Of a DNA stretch of 64,000 nucleotides, positions 28,224 to 36,983 are shown piece after piece; position 1 is the first letter of the stretch; the number at the start of each line of letters is the position of its first letter. This DNA is from an uncultured Candidatus Saccharibacteria bacterium (lineage in GTDB: Bacteria > Patescibacteriota > UBA1384 > 2-12-FULL-50-11), in contig CAZRED010000001.1 of assembly GCA_964599405.1 (NCBI GenBank), positions 11,528 through 75,527 on the forward strand, written 5' to 3'. The notes below the pieces were generated by a model that made no database searches, was not told where the DNA came from, and worked only from the letters and a program-made list of their open reading frames with translations. The position numbers were made by a program, and so were the translations under genes.

Positions 28224-29429
28224 CTACTCGTAGCGTAGCGCTCGAACCGGATGTTTGCGGGCGGCGCGGAAGGCGGGGAAAAGACCAAAAACAATTCCGG
28301 TTAATGCCCCCATGCCGATAGCTAGCATAATTGTTGAGTTAGTTAACGCTGGCACCAAAGGCGTGAATTTAGCAACAAGAATGGTCGTTCCCCAGGCCAA
28401 CCCCAACCCAATTAACGCACCAACAATCGTCAGCATGATTGATTCAATCAAAAACTGCAGCATGATCGCCCATTCGGTAGCCCCAACGGCCTTCCGAATA
28501 CCGATTTCCCGGGTGCGCTCGGTGACAGTTACTAACATAATATTGGAGATTCCAATACCGCCAACCAGCAGGGAAATAGCGGCAATGCCAACTACGGCGT
28601 ATTTCAATATGTCGGTAATTTGGGTCACGGAGCCAAGCAGGTCGCTAGATAGTAGAACTGTAAAGTCTGTCGTGCCATGTTTTTTTGTTAATAAGCCAGT
28701 AACTTCGATTTTGGCGGCCTCGACATTGTCGATGTCTTTAGCCTGAACCAGGATCCGACTAACTTGGTTGGATTGGTTGATCTCGCTAGCTAATGTTGCT
28801 GGAATAATTGCCATCTCACCGCTATCGCCAAAGTTCAGCCCGCCGTTTTCCGGCGCGGCGTAAATACCTGCAACGGTAAACTTTTCCGTTCCCAGTTCAA
28901 CTTCAGAACCAATCTCTACTCCTAGCTTTGTGGCGGACGCGGCAGTGATGAAAATCACTTTTTCATTGTCGGCAACGTCGGCTTCAGTCATCTCTCGTCC
29001 ACTTTGCAGATTTTTCAACCCCAGGTTTTCTGGTAGCCCCGGTGTCACGCCCATCGGCAAAACAGTAACTTTTTTATCGCCGTGGCGCAGAATACCGCCC
29101 AAAATCACGGCGTAATCAACCTGGTCTTCGATGGTGGTAGCGTTGGCTTTGAGGTAACCCACATCCTCCACAAAGATCGTTGATGGGGCGAATTGGGCAG
29201 TGAAATTCGGGGTTGAAGCGCCTTCCTCTGTTTCGCCCGGCAAAACAAATATCGCTCGCGGACCGAGGCCTTCGACTTGGTCGGCAATCTGTGCCTGGAT
29301 ACCCTGGGCCAGCGATAGCAGTGTGACAACGGCATAAATGCCAATGACCATACCCAGTAAGGTTAGAAAGCTGCGCATTTTATTAGACCACAAAGATTTT
29401 GAGGCGGTTTTGAAAGCTTCGTACCACAT
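28224..29429 (-). CDS. MacB/FtsX-type ABC transporter permease with large extracytoplasmic domain
   Basis: N-terminal TM, ~250-aa external domain, C-terminal three TM FtsX-like core. Confidence 0.8.
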   Translation of the reverse strand: MWYEAFKTASKSLWSNKMRSFLTLLGMVIGIYAVVTLLSLAQGIQAQIADQVEGLGPRAIFVLPGETEEGASTPNFTAQFAPSTIFVEDVGYLKANATTIEDQVDYAVILGGILRHGDKKVTVLPMGVTPGLPENLGLKNLQSGREMTEADVADNEKVIFITAASATKLGVEIGSEVELGTEKFTVAGIYAAPENGGLNFGDSGEMAIIPATLASEINQSNQVSRILVQAKDIDNVEAAKIEVTGLLTKKHGTTDFTVLLSSDLLGSVTQITDILKYAVVGIAAISLLVGGIGISNIMLVTVTERTREIGIRKAVGATEWAIMLQFLIESIMLTIVGALIGLGLAWGTTILVAKFTPLVPALTNSTIMLAIGMGALTGIVFGLFPAFRAARKHPVRALRYE

Positions 29430-30088
29430 TACTTGTCCCCCACAATTACGCCGTCACGCATTAAGATAGTCCGGCTGGCGTAGCTAAGCAGCTCGTTATT
29501 ATGTGTCACAAACAAAATAGTTTTGCCCTTTTGGTTGATACCTTTGAGGATTTCCATAATTTCCGTGCCGGTTTTAGTGTCCAAGTTGCCGGTCGGTTCA
29601 TCGGCCAAAATTACTTCTGGCTCGGCTACTAAGGCTCGGGCAATTGCCACGCGTTGCTGCTGGCCGCCGGAGAGTTGGTTGGGCGCTTGTTTAATTTTGT
29701 CGCTTAAACCCACTTCTCCGAGCATTTTCAAAACCCGTTCGTGCTTGCCACTGCCGCCACGATAGTTGAGTGGAAGCATGACGTTGTCAAAGGCGGATGT
29801 GCGCGGCAGCAGGTTGAACGATTGGAAAACAAAACCGAAATGCTGGTTACGCAATTTTGCGCGCTCTTTGCCGGAGGTTTCATTAACTTTTTTATCGTTC
29901 AGCAAATATTCACCACTGTCTGGCACGTCCAGCAATCCTAAAATGTTGAGAAGCGTAGATTTACCGCAGCCGCTCGGACCCATAATCGCTACAAACTCGC
30001 CATCGGCAATTTTTAAATTAATGTCTTTGAGGGCGGTGGTTTCTTCACCATCAGTATAGACCCGGGAAATGTTTTTCAGCTCCAGCAT
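29429..30088 (-). CDS. ABC transporter ATP-binding protein (MacB/LolD-like)
   Basis: Walker [10 protein letters not shown], signature [15 protein letters not shown], Walker [12 protein letters not shown]. Confidence 0.9.
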   Translation of the reverse strand: MLELKNISRVYTDGEETTALKDINLKIADGEFVAIMGPSGCGKSTLLNILGLLDVPDSGEYLLNDKKVNETSGKERAKLRNQHFGFVFQSFNLLPRTSAFDNVMLPLNYRGGSGKHERVLKMLGEVGLSDKIKQAPNQLSGGQQQRVAIARALVAEPEVILADEPTGNLDTKTGTEIMEILKGINQKGKTILFVTHNNELLSYASRTILMRDGVIVGDK

Positions 30089-30230
30089 ATCTAACTAATA
30101 CTACTAGATTGCCATAGTACCTTCTAGGCACTTGATTGCGAGTATTTTCAGAAATACGAGCAACAAGGCACGAGATAATATGCTGCTCGTGCCTTGACTT
30201 TTACAGGTTTATGTGCTAGCATTCCGACAT

Positions 30231-30613
30231 GGGCCTGACTGGCTTCGACGAGAACATTTACAACCAAATTGGCAAGCGGAAGTGGCCGGCCTTAGAGCCA
30301 CACCCAAATACGTGCAAACGCATTTGAAAAAGCAAAAGCTGGTATCGCTAACTTGTTTAGCGCGCCTACCTTTGCGCCAGCAGTAGCTTAAACACTCACT
30401 GCCGTTTTACTTGATGATTCTACTAATCGGGTAAAGCGCCATATTCGTAGATTGGCCGAGCTGTCCGTGATGCAGTTCGTGCTGAAAATACTTCACTGCT
30501 GTCGTTGGTATTCTGACTGTCTCAAGCCAACGATTTAAGATTTAGACAATCTATGCTTGTAGAAGATTTGGTTAGTAGGTTTTCGGACCCGAGTTCAATT
30601 CTCGGCAGGTCCA
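30231..30613 (+). ncRNA. ssrA: tmRNA (ssrA)
   Basis: 5' GGGCCUGACUGGCUUCGACGAG and 3' UUUCGGACCCGAGUUCAAUUCUCGGCAGGUCCA parallel E. coli GGGGCUGAUUCUGGAUUCGACGGG / UUUCGGACGCGGGUUCAACUCCCGCCAGCUCCA; ends pair; tag ORF GCT at 30347 to TAA at 30389-30391 encodes ANLFSAPTFAPAVA; resume context UAUC-GCU-AAC vs E. coli UAGUC-GCA-AAC; CCA not encoded. Confidence 0.85.
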
Positions 30614-30739
30614 CTTCTCGACTCGTTACACTCGCTCGAAGTAAACCACTTCGGACTCAAGCGGATGACGAATCGACAACTAACTAACAGCACGAGAAAC
30701 CCCGAGCAACGTCGAGGGGCTCTTGCTGTATGATTTTTT

Positions 30740-30997
30740 ATGATGCCCTGGTTTCTATATATAGCTAAAACTCGAACGAAAAAGTTTTATACAGGGATAA
30801 CAATTGACCCACAAAAAAGAATGCGTGATCACAATGCAGGCAGGGGTGCAATGATGGCAATCGAACACGGCCCATTTGAGTTGGTTTACGTTTCTCCTCC
30901 GTTCCCCAATAAATCACTTGCCAGAAAAAGGGAAATTCAAGTTAAAGACTGGTCTCAAGCCAAAAAACTCAAACTAATTTCCGGTGAGATAAAGTAG
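30740..30997 (+). CDS. GIY-YIG nuclease family protein (UPF0213-like)
   Basis: WFLYIAKTRTKKFYTGITIDPQKRMRDHNAG matches GIY-YIG signature. Confidence 0.7.
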   Translation: MMPWFLYIAKTRTKKFYTGITIDPQKRMRDHNAGRGAMMAIEHGPFELVYVSPPFPNKSLARKREIQVKDWSQAKKLKLISGEIK

Positions 30998-31053
30998 GAA
31001 AGGTGGTTTTTTCTTTTGCTCGACAATTCTTGGTCAATAGTTAGGATGAAACT

Positions 31054-31338
31054 ATGAGCCACGAGCTAAAAGCCGGCATTTACCGGCACTACACCGGATT
31101 GATGGTAATAGTCCTGGGTGTAGCTCGGCACAGCGAAACGGAAGAAAAGTTTGTTTGTTATATTCCCCTTGGGCCAAAAGCCGGGCCGCGAATCACGATT
31201 CGGCCATATGAAATGTTTTTTGAAAAAGTTACGAAGGACGGCAAAGAGATCCCCCGTTTTGAATTTATTGATTACGAAATGCCTAAAGATTTAGCCGAAA
31301 GCTACAAAGATATGAAAAACTGGGGTCAACCGGGCTAA
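31054..31338 (+). CDS. DUF1653 domain protein
   Basis: GIYRHYTG...HSETEEKFVCY pattern. Confidence 0.6.
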   Translation: MSHELKAGIYRHYTGLMVIVLGVARHSETEEKFVCYIPLGPKAGPRITIRPYEMFFEKVTKDGKEIPRFEFIDYEMPKDLAESYKDMKNWGQPG

Positions 31339-31375
31339 AAACAAGCCCCGACCTAGTAAAGGTCGGGGCGGGGAG

Positions 31376-31828
31376 TCATGAACAGAGCCTAATCGCGCCT
31401 CCAGGTGGGGGCGGAAGCTCTACTTGATTGAGTAGCGAGTCTGCAAGGACCGCGCAAAAAGAACGAAGAACCAAGAGTCTCTGTTCATCAATCCGTTCTC
31501 CCGCGATCAGGTTGATTAAGTCCGCAACCACTCCTTTTAGGAGTTCAGCACATCCGGTAGAGAGGTTGGCTTTTTCAAGATCGTCGGTTAACCCCTGACA
31601 GGCCGTTGCGATTGAGCACATGGTTTCATTTGGGAATTCTAACCAATACGAACTTTCCATACTCTCAATTGAGTATTTTAGTACCTCAACGAACTCGGAA
31701 AGCCCCGTTCCCTGTATCGCCTCTGGCCCTTTTAACCTTGCTGCATCAAGAGCCCCCGACGCACGGATAGCAATTCCCGTAAGCGTTAGCGGCTCAAGTG
31801 AGAATCGGTCAGCTGTGAACTTTTCCAT
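31376..31828 (-). CDS. hypothetical protein
   Basis: 150 aa, no recognisable motif; start lies at left edge of the AT-rich patch (31850-32650). Confidence 0.4.
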   Translation of the reverse strand: MEKFTADRFSLEPLTLTGIAIRASGALDAARLKGPEAIQGTGLSEFVEVLKYSIESMESSYWLEFPNETMCSIATACQGLTDDLEKANLSTGCAELLKGVVADLINLIAGERIDEQRLLVLRSFCAVLADSLLNQVELPPPPGGAIRLCS

Positions 31829-31901
31829 TATGTTAACCTGCTTGTCTAATTCTTATATATATTTTGGGAGCTCTATTGTCTACAGTACTGAAGTAAGTTC
31901 A

Positions 31902-32642
31902 ATGAAAAATCCAAACTTCTCTAAATTACTAGGACGATTTGAGGGAGACTATCAGTTCAAAAAGTTCATTACCCGCTACGACCTTTCGTGGGATATGTTT
32001 GTGTATGAAATCGAAACAAATCATGGCCGCTGCGCGATTTTCGAGATCGACTTTATAAGCAACTTTAGCGAAGTAAAAAAAGAAATTAAACGAACGGGTA
32101 GTTTTTCTCAATTTATAGAAGTAAAGAAACCCCTAGAGTTCAGACAGGCTATTCCTGTGCGTAAAGCCGTTAAATACACTAAGCCGAGAGTTTGGGAGAA
32201 GATTAGGCTATACGCAAACGAAAAATATGGCTCGTATGATATTTACTTTAATTTTCTCGTGAATGGTTTCAAAGTAAAAAAGAAAATAGAATACGACGAA
32301 TACCATCCGATTTATTACCGGGCAGAGACTTGGAACTACATCCTTCAAAAATTGGGTGGAGATGCAGCGAAAAATTACAATAACAACAAGCCTGGGAAAA
32401 TTGCATTTACAGCTGGTTTGCTTAAAGAACCTGGCTTGCTTCAAGATACTGTTATCGACCTGGATGATGGTGTTGACTACCTGATCGATAAGAGGGTGGC
32501 TAATGAATTAGCGAGTGGAGGGAGATTGATTACTTTGACCCGGCTTTTCGATAAAAAGCAAAAAGAATTTTCTTCCAAAAAAATAATAAACGCTATCAAG
32601 AATGGACCGACGTTTGACCAGATAACGATAAAGCAAGTGTGA
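31902..32642 (+). CDS. hypothetical Lys-rich protein in AT-rich (low-GC) segment
   Basis: Start set at MKNPNFSKLL; local GC far below window average; no known domain. Confidence 0.5.
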   Translation: MKNPNFSKLLGRFEGDYQFKKFITRYDLSWDMFVYEIETNHGRCAIFEIDFISNFSEVKKEIKRTGSFSQFIEVKKPLEFRQAIPVRKAVKYTKPRVWEKIRLYANEKYGSYDIYFNFLVNGFKVKKKIEYDEYHPIYYRAETWNYILQKLGGDAAKNYNNNKPGKIAFTAGLLKEPGLLQDTVIDLDDGVDYLIDKRVANELASGGRLITLTRLFDKKQKEFSSKKIINAIKNGPTFDQITIKQV

Positions 32643-32689
32643 AATCATACCTGCACCCCTAAATCAGAAGGTATTTAAAAGGGAGCGCT

Positions 32690-32887
32690 TTACACGCTCC
32701 CAATGACCATGTTCAACACTTCTGCGGTTATTCTTTGTGATTCCTCTAGCATCTCAAGGCTTTGCTTAAGTTGAGTACTGCGTCCGCTCTTCTTCCATTG
32801 CTCAATCATTTCTTCAGCGGTCGTGATCTCAAAAAGTATGCCCTCACAAGGATCAGCTTTCTTTGGTTGTTTTTCTTTCTTTGGCAT
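32690..32887 (-). CDS. small charged hypothetical protein (65 aa)
   Basis: MPKKEKQPKKADPCEGILFEITTAEEMIEQWKK...; longer ORF-track version overlaps next gene. Confidence 0.25.
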   Translation of the reverse strand: MPKKEKQPKKADPCEGILFEITTAEEMIEQWKKSGRSTQLKQSLEMLEESQRITAEVLNMVIGSV

Positions 32888-33017
32888 GTGCGCATCTCCA
32901 AGGGATGTTGGCATGATTATTGCTCTTTTCGGATTGATTTTCCAGACATCGCAGGTATCATGAGCGAAGCAATCCACCCCCTGGGAGTGGCTGCACATTC
33001 CCAGTTTGGAGAAATCT

Positions 33018-33632
33018 ATGAACGAAGCAGAAGTACTTACAATTTTCAATGAAGTTGGGACGATTATCACCGGCCACTACATCTTCACTTCTGGAATGCA
33101 CGGCAAGACCTACGTTAACAAAGACGCGATCTACCCGTACACGGCTAAAGTTTCGCGACTCTGCTTGAGCTTGGCTGGGGAGTTCACGAGTAGTAAGGTC
33201 GACACTATCGTCGCTCCGGCCATTGGTGCCATTGTTCTGTCGCAGTGGACAGCTCACCACTTAAGCGGCTTAATCGGCCGGGAAATACTAGCAGCCTACG
33301 CCGAGAAGGATGAAGACGGCTTTATGGCCATTAATCGCGGTTACGATAAGCTCGTCACCGGCAAAAACGTCCTGGTAGTGGAGGATGTCCTCAACACCGG
33401 CGGCTCGGCAAGGAGAGTGGTTGAAGCGGTTCGAGCGATTGGTGGTAATGTGGTTGGCGTCGGCGCGCTCTGCAATCGCGGCGGAGTGACTGTAGAAATG
33501 ATTGGAGACGTTCCAAAACTTATCAGTCTCACTAACCTAAACTTTGAAAAGTGGGAAAGAGACGACTGCCCGCTCTGCAAACAAAACATCCCAATTAACG
33601 AATACTTCGGAAAAGGCTGCAAGTTTGCGTAA
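33018..33632 (+). CDS. type I phosphoribosyltransferase (orotate PRTase-like) with extra C-terminal CxxC
   Basis: PRPP-binding loop VLVVEDVLNTGGSA; N-terminal GHYIFTSGMHGKTYVNKDAIY like PyrE; C-terminal DDCPLCKQ not typical of PyrE. Confidence 0.65.
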   Translation: MNEAEVLTIFNEVGTIITGHYIFTSGMHGKTYVNKDAIYPYTAKVSRLCLSLAGEFTSSKVDTIVAPAIGAIVLSQWTAHHLSGLIGREILAAYAEKDEDGFMAINRGYDKLVTGKNVLVVEDVLNTGGSARRVVEAVRAIGGNVVGVGALCNRGGVTVEMIGDVPKLISLTNLNFEKWERDDCPLCKQNIPINEYFGKGCKFA

Positions 33633-33670
33633 TGTCAGCAACAGCAAGCACTCTGAGGTTAGTTTCTATC

Positions 33671-33700
33671 GGCCGTCATCGCAAGATGACGGCCTTTTTT
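33671..33700 (+). terminator. rho-independent terminator
   Basis: GGCCGTCATC-GCAA-GATGACGGCC then TTTTTT. Confidence 0.85.
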
Positions 33701-33710
33701 CTTTTGCCTA

Positions 33711-33744
33711 AAAAATGCCCCGCCGGTTGGAAAGCGGCGGGGCT
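33711..33744 (-). terminator. rho-independent terminator for the minus-strand gene ending at 33780
   Basis: GCCCCGCCG-loop-CGGCGGGGC followed by TTTTTT on the minus strand. Confidence 0.7.
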
Positions 33745-33779
33745 ATTCGTTAGACTAGTACGTTGCGGTAGTAAAAGTG

Positions 33780-34379
33780 CTATGCCTGGGGCGGGGTGGG
33801 TGGGTCGCTCTTGCGGCCGTGCTGCAAATCTATCACCCGACGACGGGTGTCGTAGAGCATGATCAGAATTAAAATCAGTAAGAAAAAAGACGGGATGACA
33901 AAATAAGTTAGTAAGGCGCTAGTTTCGCCACTGGTACCGGAGAAGAATTCAAAGACGCCCCGGTCAGTATCGTCGGTAGTAACTGGCGTGGTTTTGGTTG
34001 GGTCAGTACTGTTAGTTGCTTGATCGGCATCCGTAGCCGTTGTACTAGCCGTCCCATCGGCTGAACTGGTACCGCCGCCGGTTGAGGTGGTGCCGCTACC
34101 AGAGCCACTCGTGCCGCCGCTTTCAGTGGTTCCCTCACCGGTCGAGGTAGTGCCGCCGCTTTCAGTTTCGGGAGTAACGTCAGGGTCGGGTGTTGGTTCG
34201 GGGTCAGGAGTTGGATCGGGAGTTGGCTCGGGCTCTTCGGTAGGTGGCGGTTCACTCTGGGAGGCCGCAAAGAAGTATTGGCGCATTCCGATAGCACCGT
34301 AAAGCAAGGCAATAACGACGATAATTGATAGAACAACGGCGGTAGCACGGCCAGATTGGACAAGTGGCTTGTTCAGCAT
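33780..34379 (-). CDS. bitopic membrane protein with Pro/Thr/Asp and Gly/Thr/Ser low-complexity extracellular region
   Basis: N-terminal and C-terminal TM helices flanking PEPTPDPTPDPEPTPDP and GTTSTGEGTTESGG repeats. Confidence 0.5.
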   Translation of the reverse strand: MLNKPLVQSGRATAVVLSIIVVIALLYGAIGMRQYFFAASQSEPPPTEEPEPTPDPTPDPEPTPDPDVTPETESGGTTSTGEGTTESGGTSGSGSGTTSTGGGTSSADGTASTTATDADQATNSTDPTKTTPVTTDDTDRGVFEFFSGTSGETSALLTYFVIPSFFLLILILIMLYDTRRRVIDLQHGRKSDPPTPPQA

Positions 34380-34455
34380 CTATTAACACTCTGCGCTGGA
34401 TGTTTTTCGTCGTCAACCCTTCGACAGTGCTCAGGTTGACCTTGAGCTTGTCGAA

Positions 34456-34523
34456 AGGTCAAGTTTTAATCAAGCGTTAGCATTAGCGCTTCTCATCTTG
34501 ACTCGGTGTAAAGCTTGCTTTAC
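34456..34523 (+). promoter_or_regulatory. operator-like palindromes in the promoter of the HTH-Hsp20 gene
   Basis: TTGACCTT(12 nt)AAGGTCAA at 34456-34482 and perfect GTAAAGC-TT-GCTTTAC at 34508-34523, 11 nt before the ATG. Confidence 0.5.
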
Positions 34524-34534
34524 ATTACTGTCAA

Positions 34535-35239
34535 ATGACTAAGATCCGATTACTGCTTCGCGAGCTGCGCCAAGCCAACGAATTAAGCCAAGAAGAACTG
34601 GCCCAGGCGCTACAAGTATCGCGTCAATCGATTATTTCGCTGGAACACGGTGAGTATCTGCCAAGTACACCGGTATTGCTGGCAATGATGGACTTTTTTG
34701 GCTGTCCCGTTGACCAGCTTTTCACTGGCTACGAGTTCAAAATTCGCCAAATAACTAACGATCAACCGGAGGAAGGGGTTGAGCAGACAATGCAACAAAC
34801 ACCAACCAATAATCCATTCAGCCAATTGGACCACCTGCATGAAGAAATGAACGACATGGTGGAAAAGACGTTCGGCCGCGGCGATTGGTCGCGCTCACTG
34901 GGCAATGTGGCAGGAGCAATGAACATCCATGAGACAGCCAAAGACTACGAAGTTCAGTTTCAGGTGCCTGGCTACGCTGATGAGGAACTAAATATTGAGA
35001 TCTCTGATAATACCCTGACCGTAACGGGGGCCAAAAAAGCCGCCGAAGAAGAAAAAAGCAAAAACCTGGTTCGCCGAGAGTGGCAACACAGTGAGTTTTC
35101 CCGATCCGTTCGCTTTGCCGCGCCAATCAAAGAAGACAAAGTGGAGGCCAAGCTGGAACACGGGACGTTGACGATTACCGCGCCAAAAGTAGAGCCGGTC
35201 AAACCAAAAATTAAGAAGATTTCAGTGAAAAAGAAGTAA
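34535..35239 (+). CDS. HTH (XRE/Cro-C1 type) domain fused to Hsp20/alpha-crystallin domain
   Basis: N-term LRELRQANELSQEELAQALQVSRQSIISLEHGEYLPS; C-term ACD (DYEVQFQVPGYADEELNIEISDNTLTVTG...REWQHSEFSRSVRFAAPI...AKLEHGTLTITAPK). Confidence 0.75.
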   Translation: MTKIRLLLRELRQANELSQEELAQALQVSRQSIISLEHGEYLPSTPVLLAMMDFFGCPVDQLFTGYEFKIRQITNDQPEEGVEQTMQQTPTNNPFSQLDHLHEEMNDMVEKTFGRGDWSRSLGNVAGAMNIHETAKDYEVQFQVPGYADEELNIEISDNTLTVTGAKKAAEEEKSKNLVRREWQHSEFSRSVRFAAPIKEDKVEAKLEHGTLTITAPKVEPVKPKIKKISVKKK

Positions 35240-35245
35240 TAACTT

Positions 35246-35539
35246 CTATTTTGGAGCGTCTTCTTCGAACTGTTTTTTGTAGGCGTCAGGGTCGGTGATG
35301 TTGCCGATGCCAGGGATGAAGTTGGATTCAAATTGGTAGGTGGTTTGGCCGTTTTTAAGGGCTTCCTGGATGGCGATGTTGCGCTGGGTGTTACTGGAAA
35401 TTGGAAGTGGCACCCCTGTTTCACTGGAGCTGAAATGGGCGGAAGCAAAATTAAAACCACCCAGTAGGGCGATTAGCGCCCCAAGGGCAAAAACCGCTTC
35501 GGGTAAATTACTGCGAGATTTCGATTTTGGTGATTTCAT
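35246..35539 (-). CDS. small secreted hypothetical protein
   Basis: Signal-like N-terminus; unknown. Confidence 0.35.
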   Translation of the reverse strand: MKSPKSKSRSNLPEAVFALGALIALLGGFNFASAHFSSSETGVPLPISSNTQRNIAIQEALKNGQTTYQFESNFIPGIGNITDPDAYKKQFEEDAPK

Positions 35540-36107
35540 CGCCGACACGAATGGATTGTACCACGTCCACGCCAACAGTTACTTTGCCAAAAATGGTGTA
35601 ACTTTTCGGCAAAGAATCGTTGTCGCCCAACATAATAAAGAACTGGCTGGAGTTAGTGTTGGGACCACGGTTGGCCATTGCCAAGACACCCGTTTTGTAC
35701 CCAGCTTGGTAAGAGGCGGTGTCAGCGTTGAGTTCGTCTTCGAACTCCGGCCCGTATATAGATTCACCACCAGTGCCGTTGCCGCTTGGGTCGCCGCCCT
35801 GAATTACAAACCCGGGCTCCACACGGTGAAATGTCAGGCAGTCGTAAAATCCGTTCTTGGCTAGGGTGGCAAAGTTAGTAACGGTTTTCGGTGCATCGTT
35901 TGGATAAAGCTCTAATTCGATATCGCCCTTGGGTGTTTTTATTACGGCTTTGGTCGCGGAAACTGGTTCATACTTCATGGGTGGGACCTCCTTATTGGGG
36001 TTAGGTTGGCAAGTGATGGCAGTGCTAGACGTATCGCTTCCAGGAGTAAAAATAAATATTCCGGCGATGACGGCCACAACAACAATAATACCAAACCAAT
36101 TTTTCAT
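35508..36107 (-). CDS. cyclophilin-type peptidyl-prolyl isomerase with N-terminal membrane anchor
   Basis: [14 protein letters not shown]...[13 protein letters not shown] motifs. Confidence 0.9.
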   Translation of the reverse strand: MKNWFGIIVVVAVIAGIFIFTPGSDTSSTAITCQPNPNKEVPPMKYEPVSATKAVIKTPKGDIELELYPNDAPKTVTNFATLAKNGFYDCLTFHRVEPGFVIQGGDPSGNGTGGESIYGPEFEDELNADTASYQAGYKTGVLAMANRGPNTNSSQFFIMLGDNDSLPKSYTIFGKVTVGVDVVQSIRVGDEITKIEISQ

Positions 36108-36108
36108 G

Positions 36109-36180
36109 TGCGCCCACTTGGACTCGAACCAAGGGCCCCTTCCACGTCAAGGAAGTGCTCTACCGCTGAGCTATAGGCGC
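36109..36180 (-). tRNA. tRNA-Val (GAC)
   Basis: Reverse complement: acceptor GCGCCTA/TGGGCGC, anticodon stem CTTCC/GGAAG loop TTGACGT, T-loop GGTTCGAGTCC. Confidence 0.85.
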
Positions 36181-36350
36181 TGGCTGCGCTCGCACCTTCT
36201 TCAAATCGTAGATTTGAATATGAGCGCGCTAGGAAATATTATACCTGGATTAGCGTCCTCGATAAAGATTCTATTGATTTTTTCGTGGGCAGGAATATTG
36301 TCTAGGTAGAACCACTAGCTGCGGCACTGCTGCGGGTGGAGGCACTTAAC

Positions 36351-36920
36351 ATGAATAAAGCATACTTTTTCGTCGTCGTACTCGTTCTCATGCTTCTGTC
36401 TGGTTGTGGCGGAAACAAGGGAACAACCGGGAACCTGTTTAGTCCGTTCGCGGGCAAGTACAGCGGCACCCTCGACTGCACCATTACGGGAAGCCAAAGC
36501 CACCAAACCAGCATCCATAAGTTCGATTTCGTTCTCGAGATCGCCCTTCAACAAGGAGGCTGGGTAGTTGTCTACTCAAAAGTCATCTACCGGCCGACAG
36601 GTGAATTCGTTGAAGGGGTCTTCACGCAAGTGGACTTCGACGACGACATGGGTCCGCACCATGTTAAATACTTCTGGTTTGAGATGTTGAACCCACCAGG
36701 AAAATCCTTGCACGGCATTGACAAAATCTACCAGAACACCCAGCTCAACCAAGACCCCAACAACCCAGGCGGGCTACTTCTTGAGGACGGCACGTATGAA
36801 GGCCCAATCAGTGCTGACATGATCGGCAGCGAGCACGGAACCGGGCCGAACTTCCCACAAGGATCGGGCGGTGTCGTAGGCGCTGACTACCGGCTCGAGA
36901 TGCAAAAGGTTATGCCATAA
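36351..36920 (+). CDS. lipoprotein of unknown function
   Basis: Lipobox LLSGC after signal peptide. Confidence 0.55.
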   Translation: MNKAYFFVVVLVLMLLSGCGGNKGTTGNLFSPFAGKYSGTLDCTITGSQSHQTSIHKFDFVLEIALQQGGWVVVYSKVIYRPTGEFVEGVFTQVDFDDDMGPHHVKYFWFEMLNPPGKSLHGIDKIYQNTQLNQDPNNPGGLLLEDGTYEGPISADMIGSEHGTGPNFPQGSGGVVGADYRLEMQKVMP

Positions 36921-36944
36921 ACTGGCAAGATCGTTACATACAAC

Positions 36945-36978
36945 GGGACCCTGAAATAATGGGTCCTTTTCTTTTTTT
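36945..36978 (+). terminator. rho-independent terminator
   Basis: GGGACCC-TGAAATAAT-GGGTCC then TTTTCTTTTTTT. Confidence 0.75.
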
Positions 36979-36983
36979 AATAA

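Noticed and set aside
30614-30740. Weak hairpin CCCCGAG...CGAGGGG after the tmRNA as terminator or att site
   Set aside because: Stem imperfect (4 bp) and no matching direct repeat of the tmRNA 3' end found downstream
33908-34363. Alternative-frame ORFs over the Pro/Thr-rich gene
   Set aside because: Low-complexity region gives open frames in several phases; the frame with two TM helices is preferred
34818-35460. Minus-strand ORFs overlapping the HTH-Hsp20 gene
   Set aside because: Antisense to a gene with two clear domains
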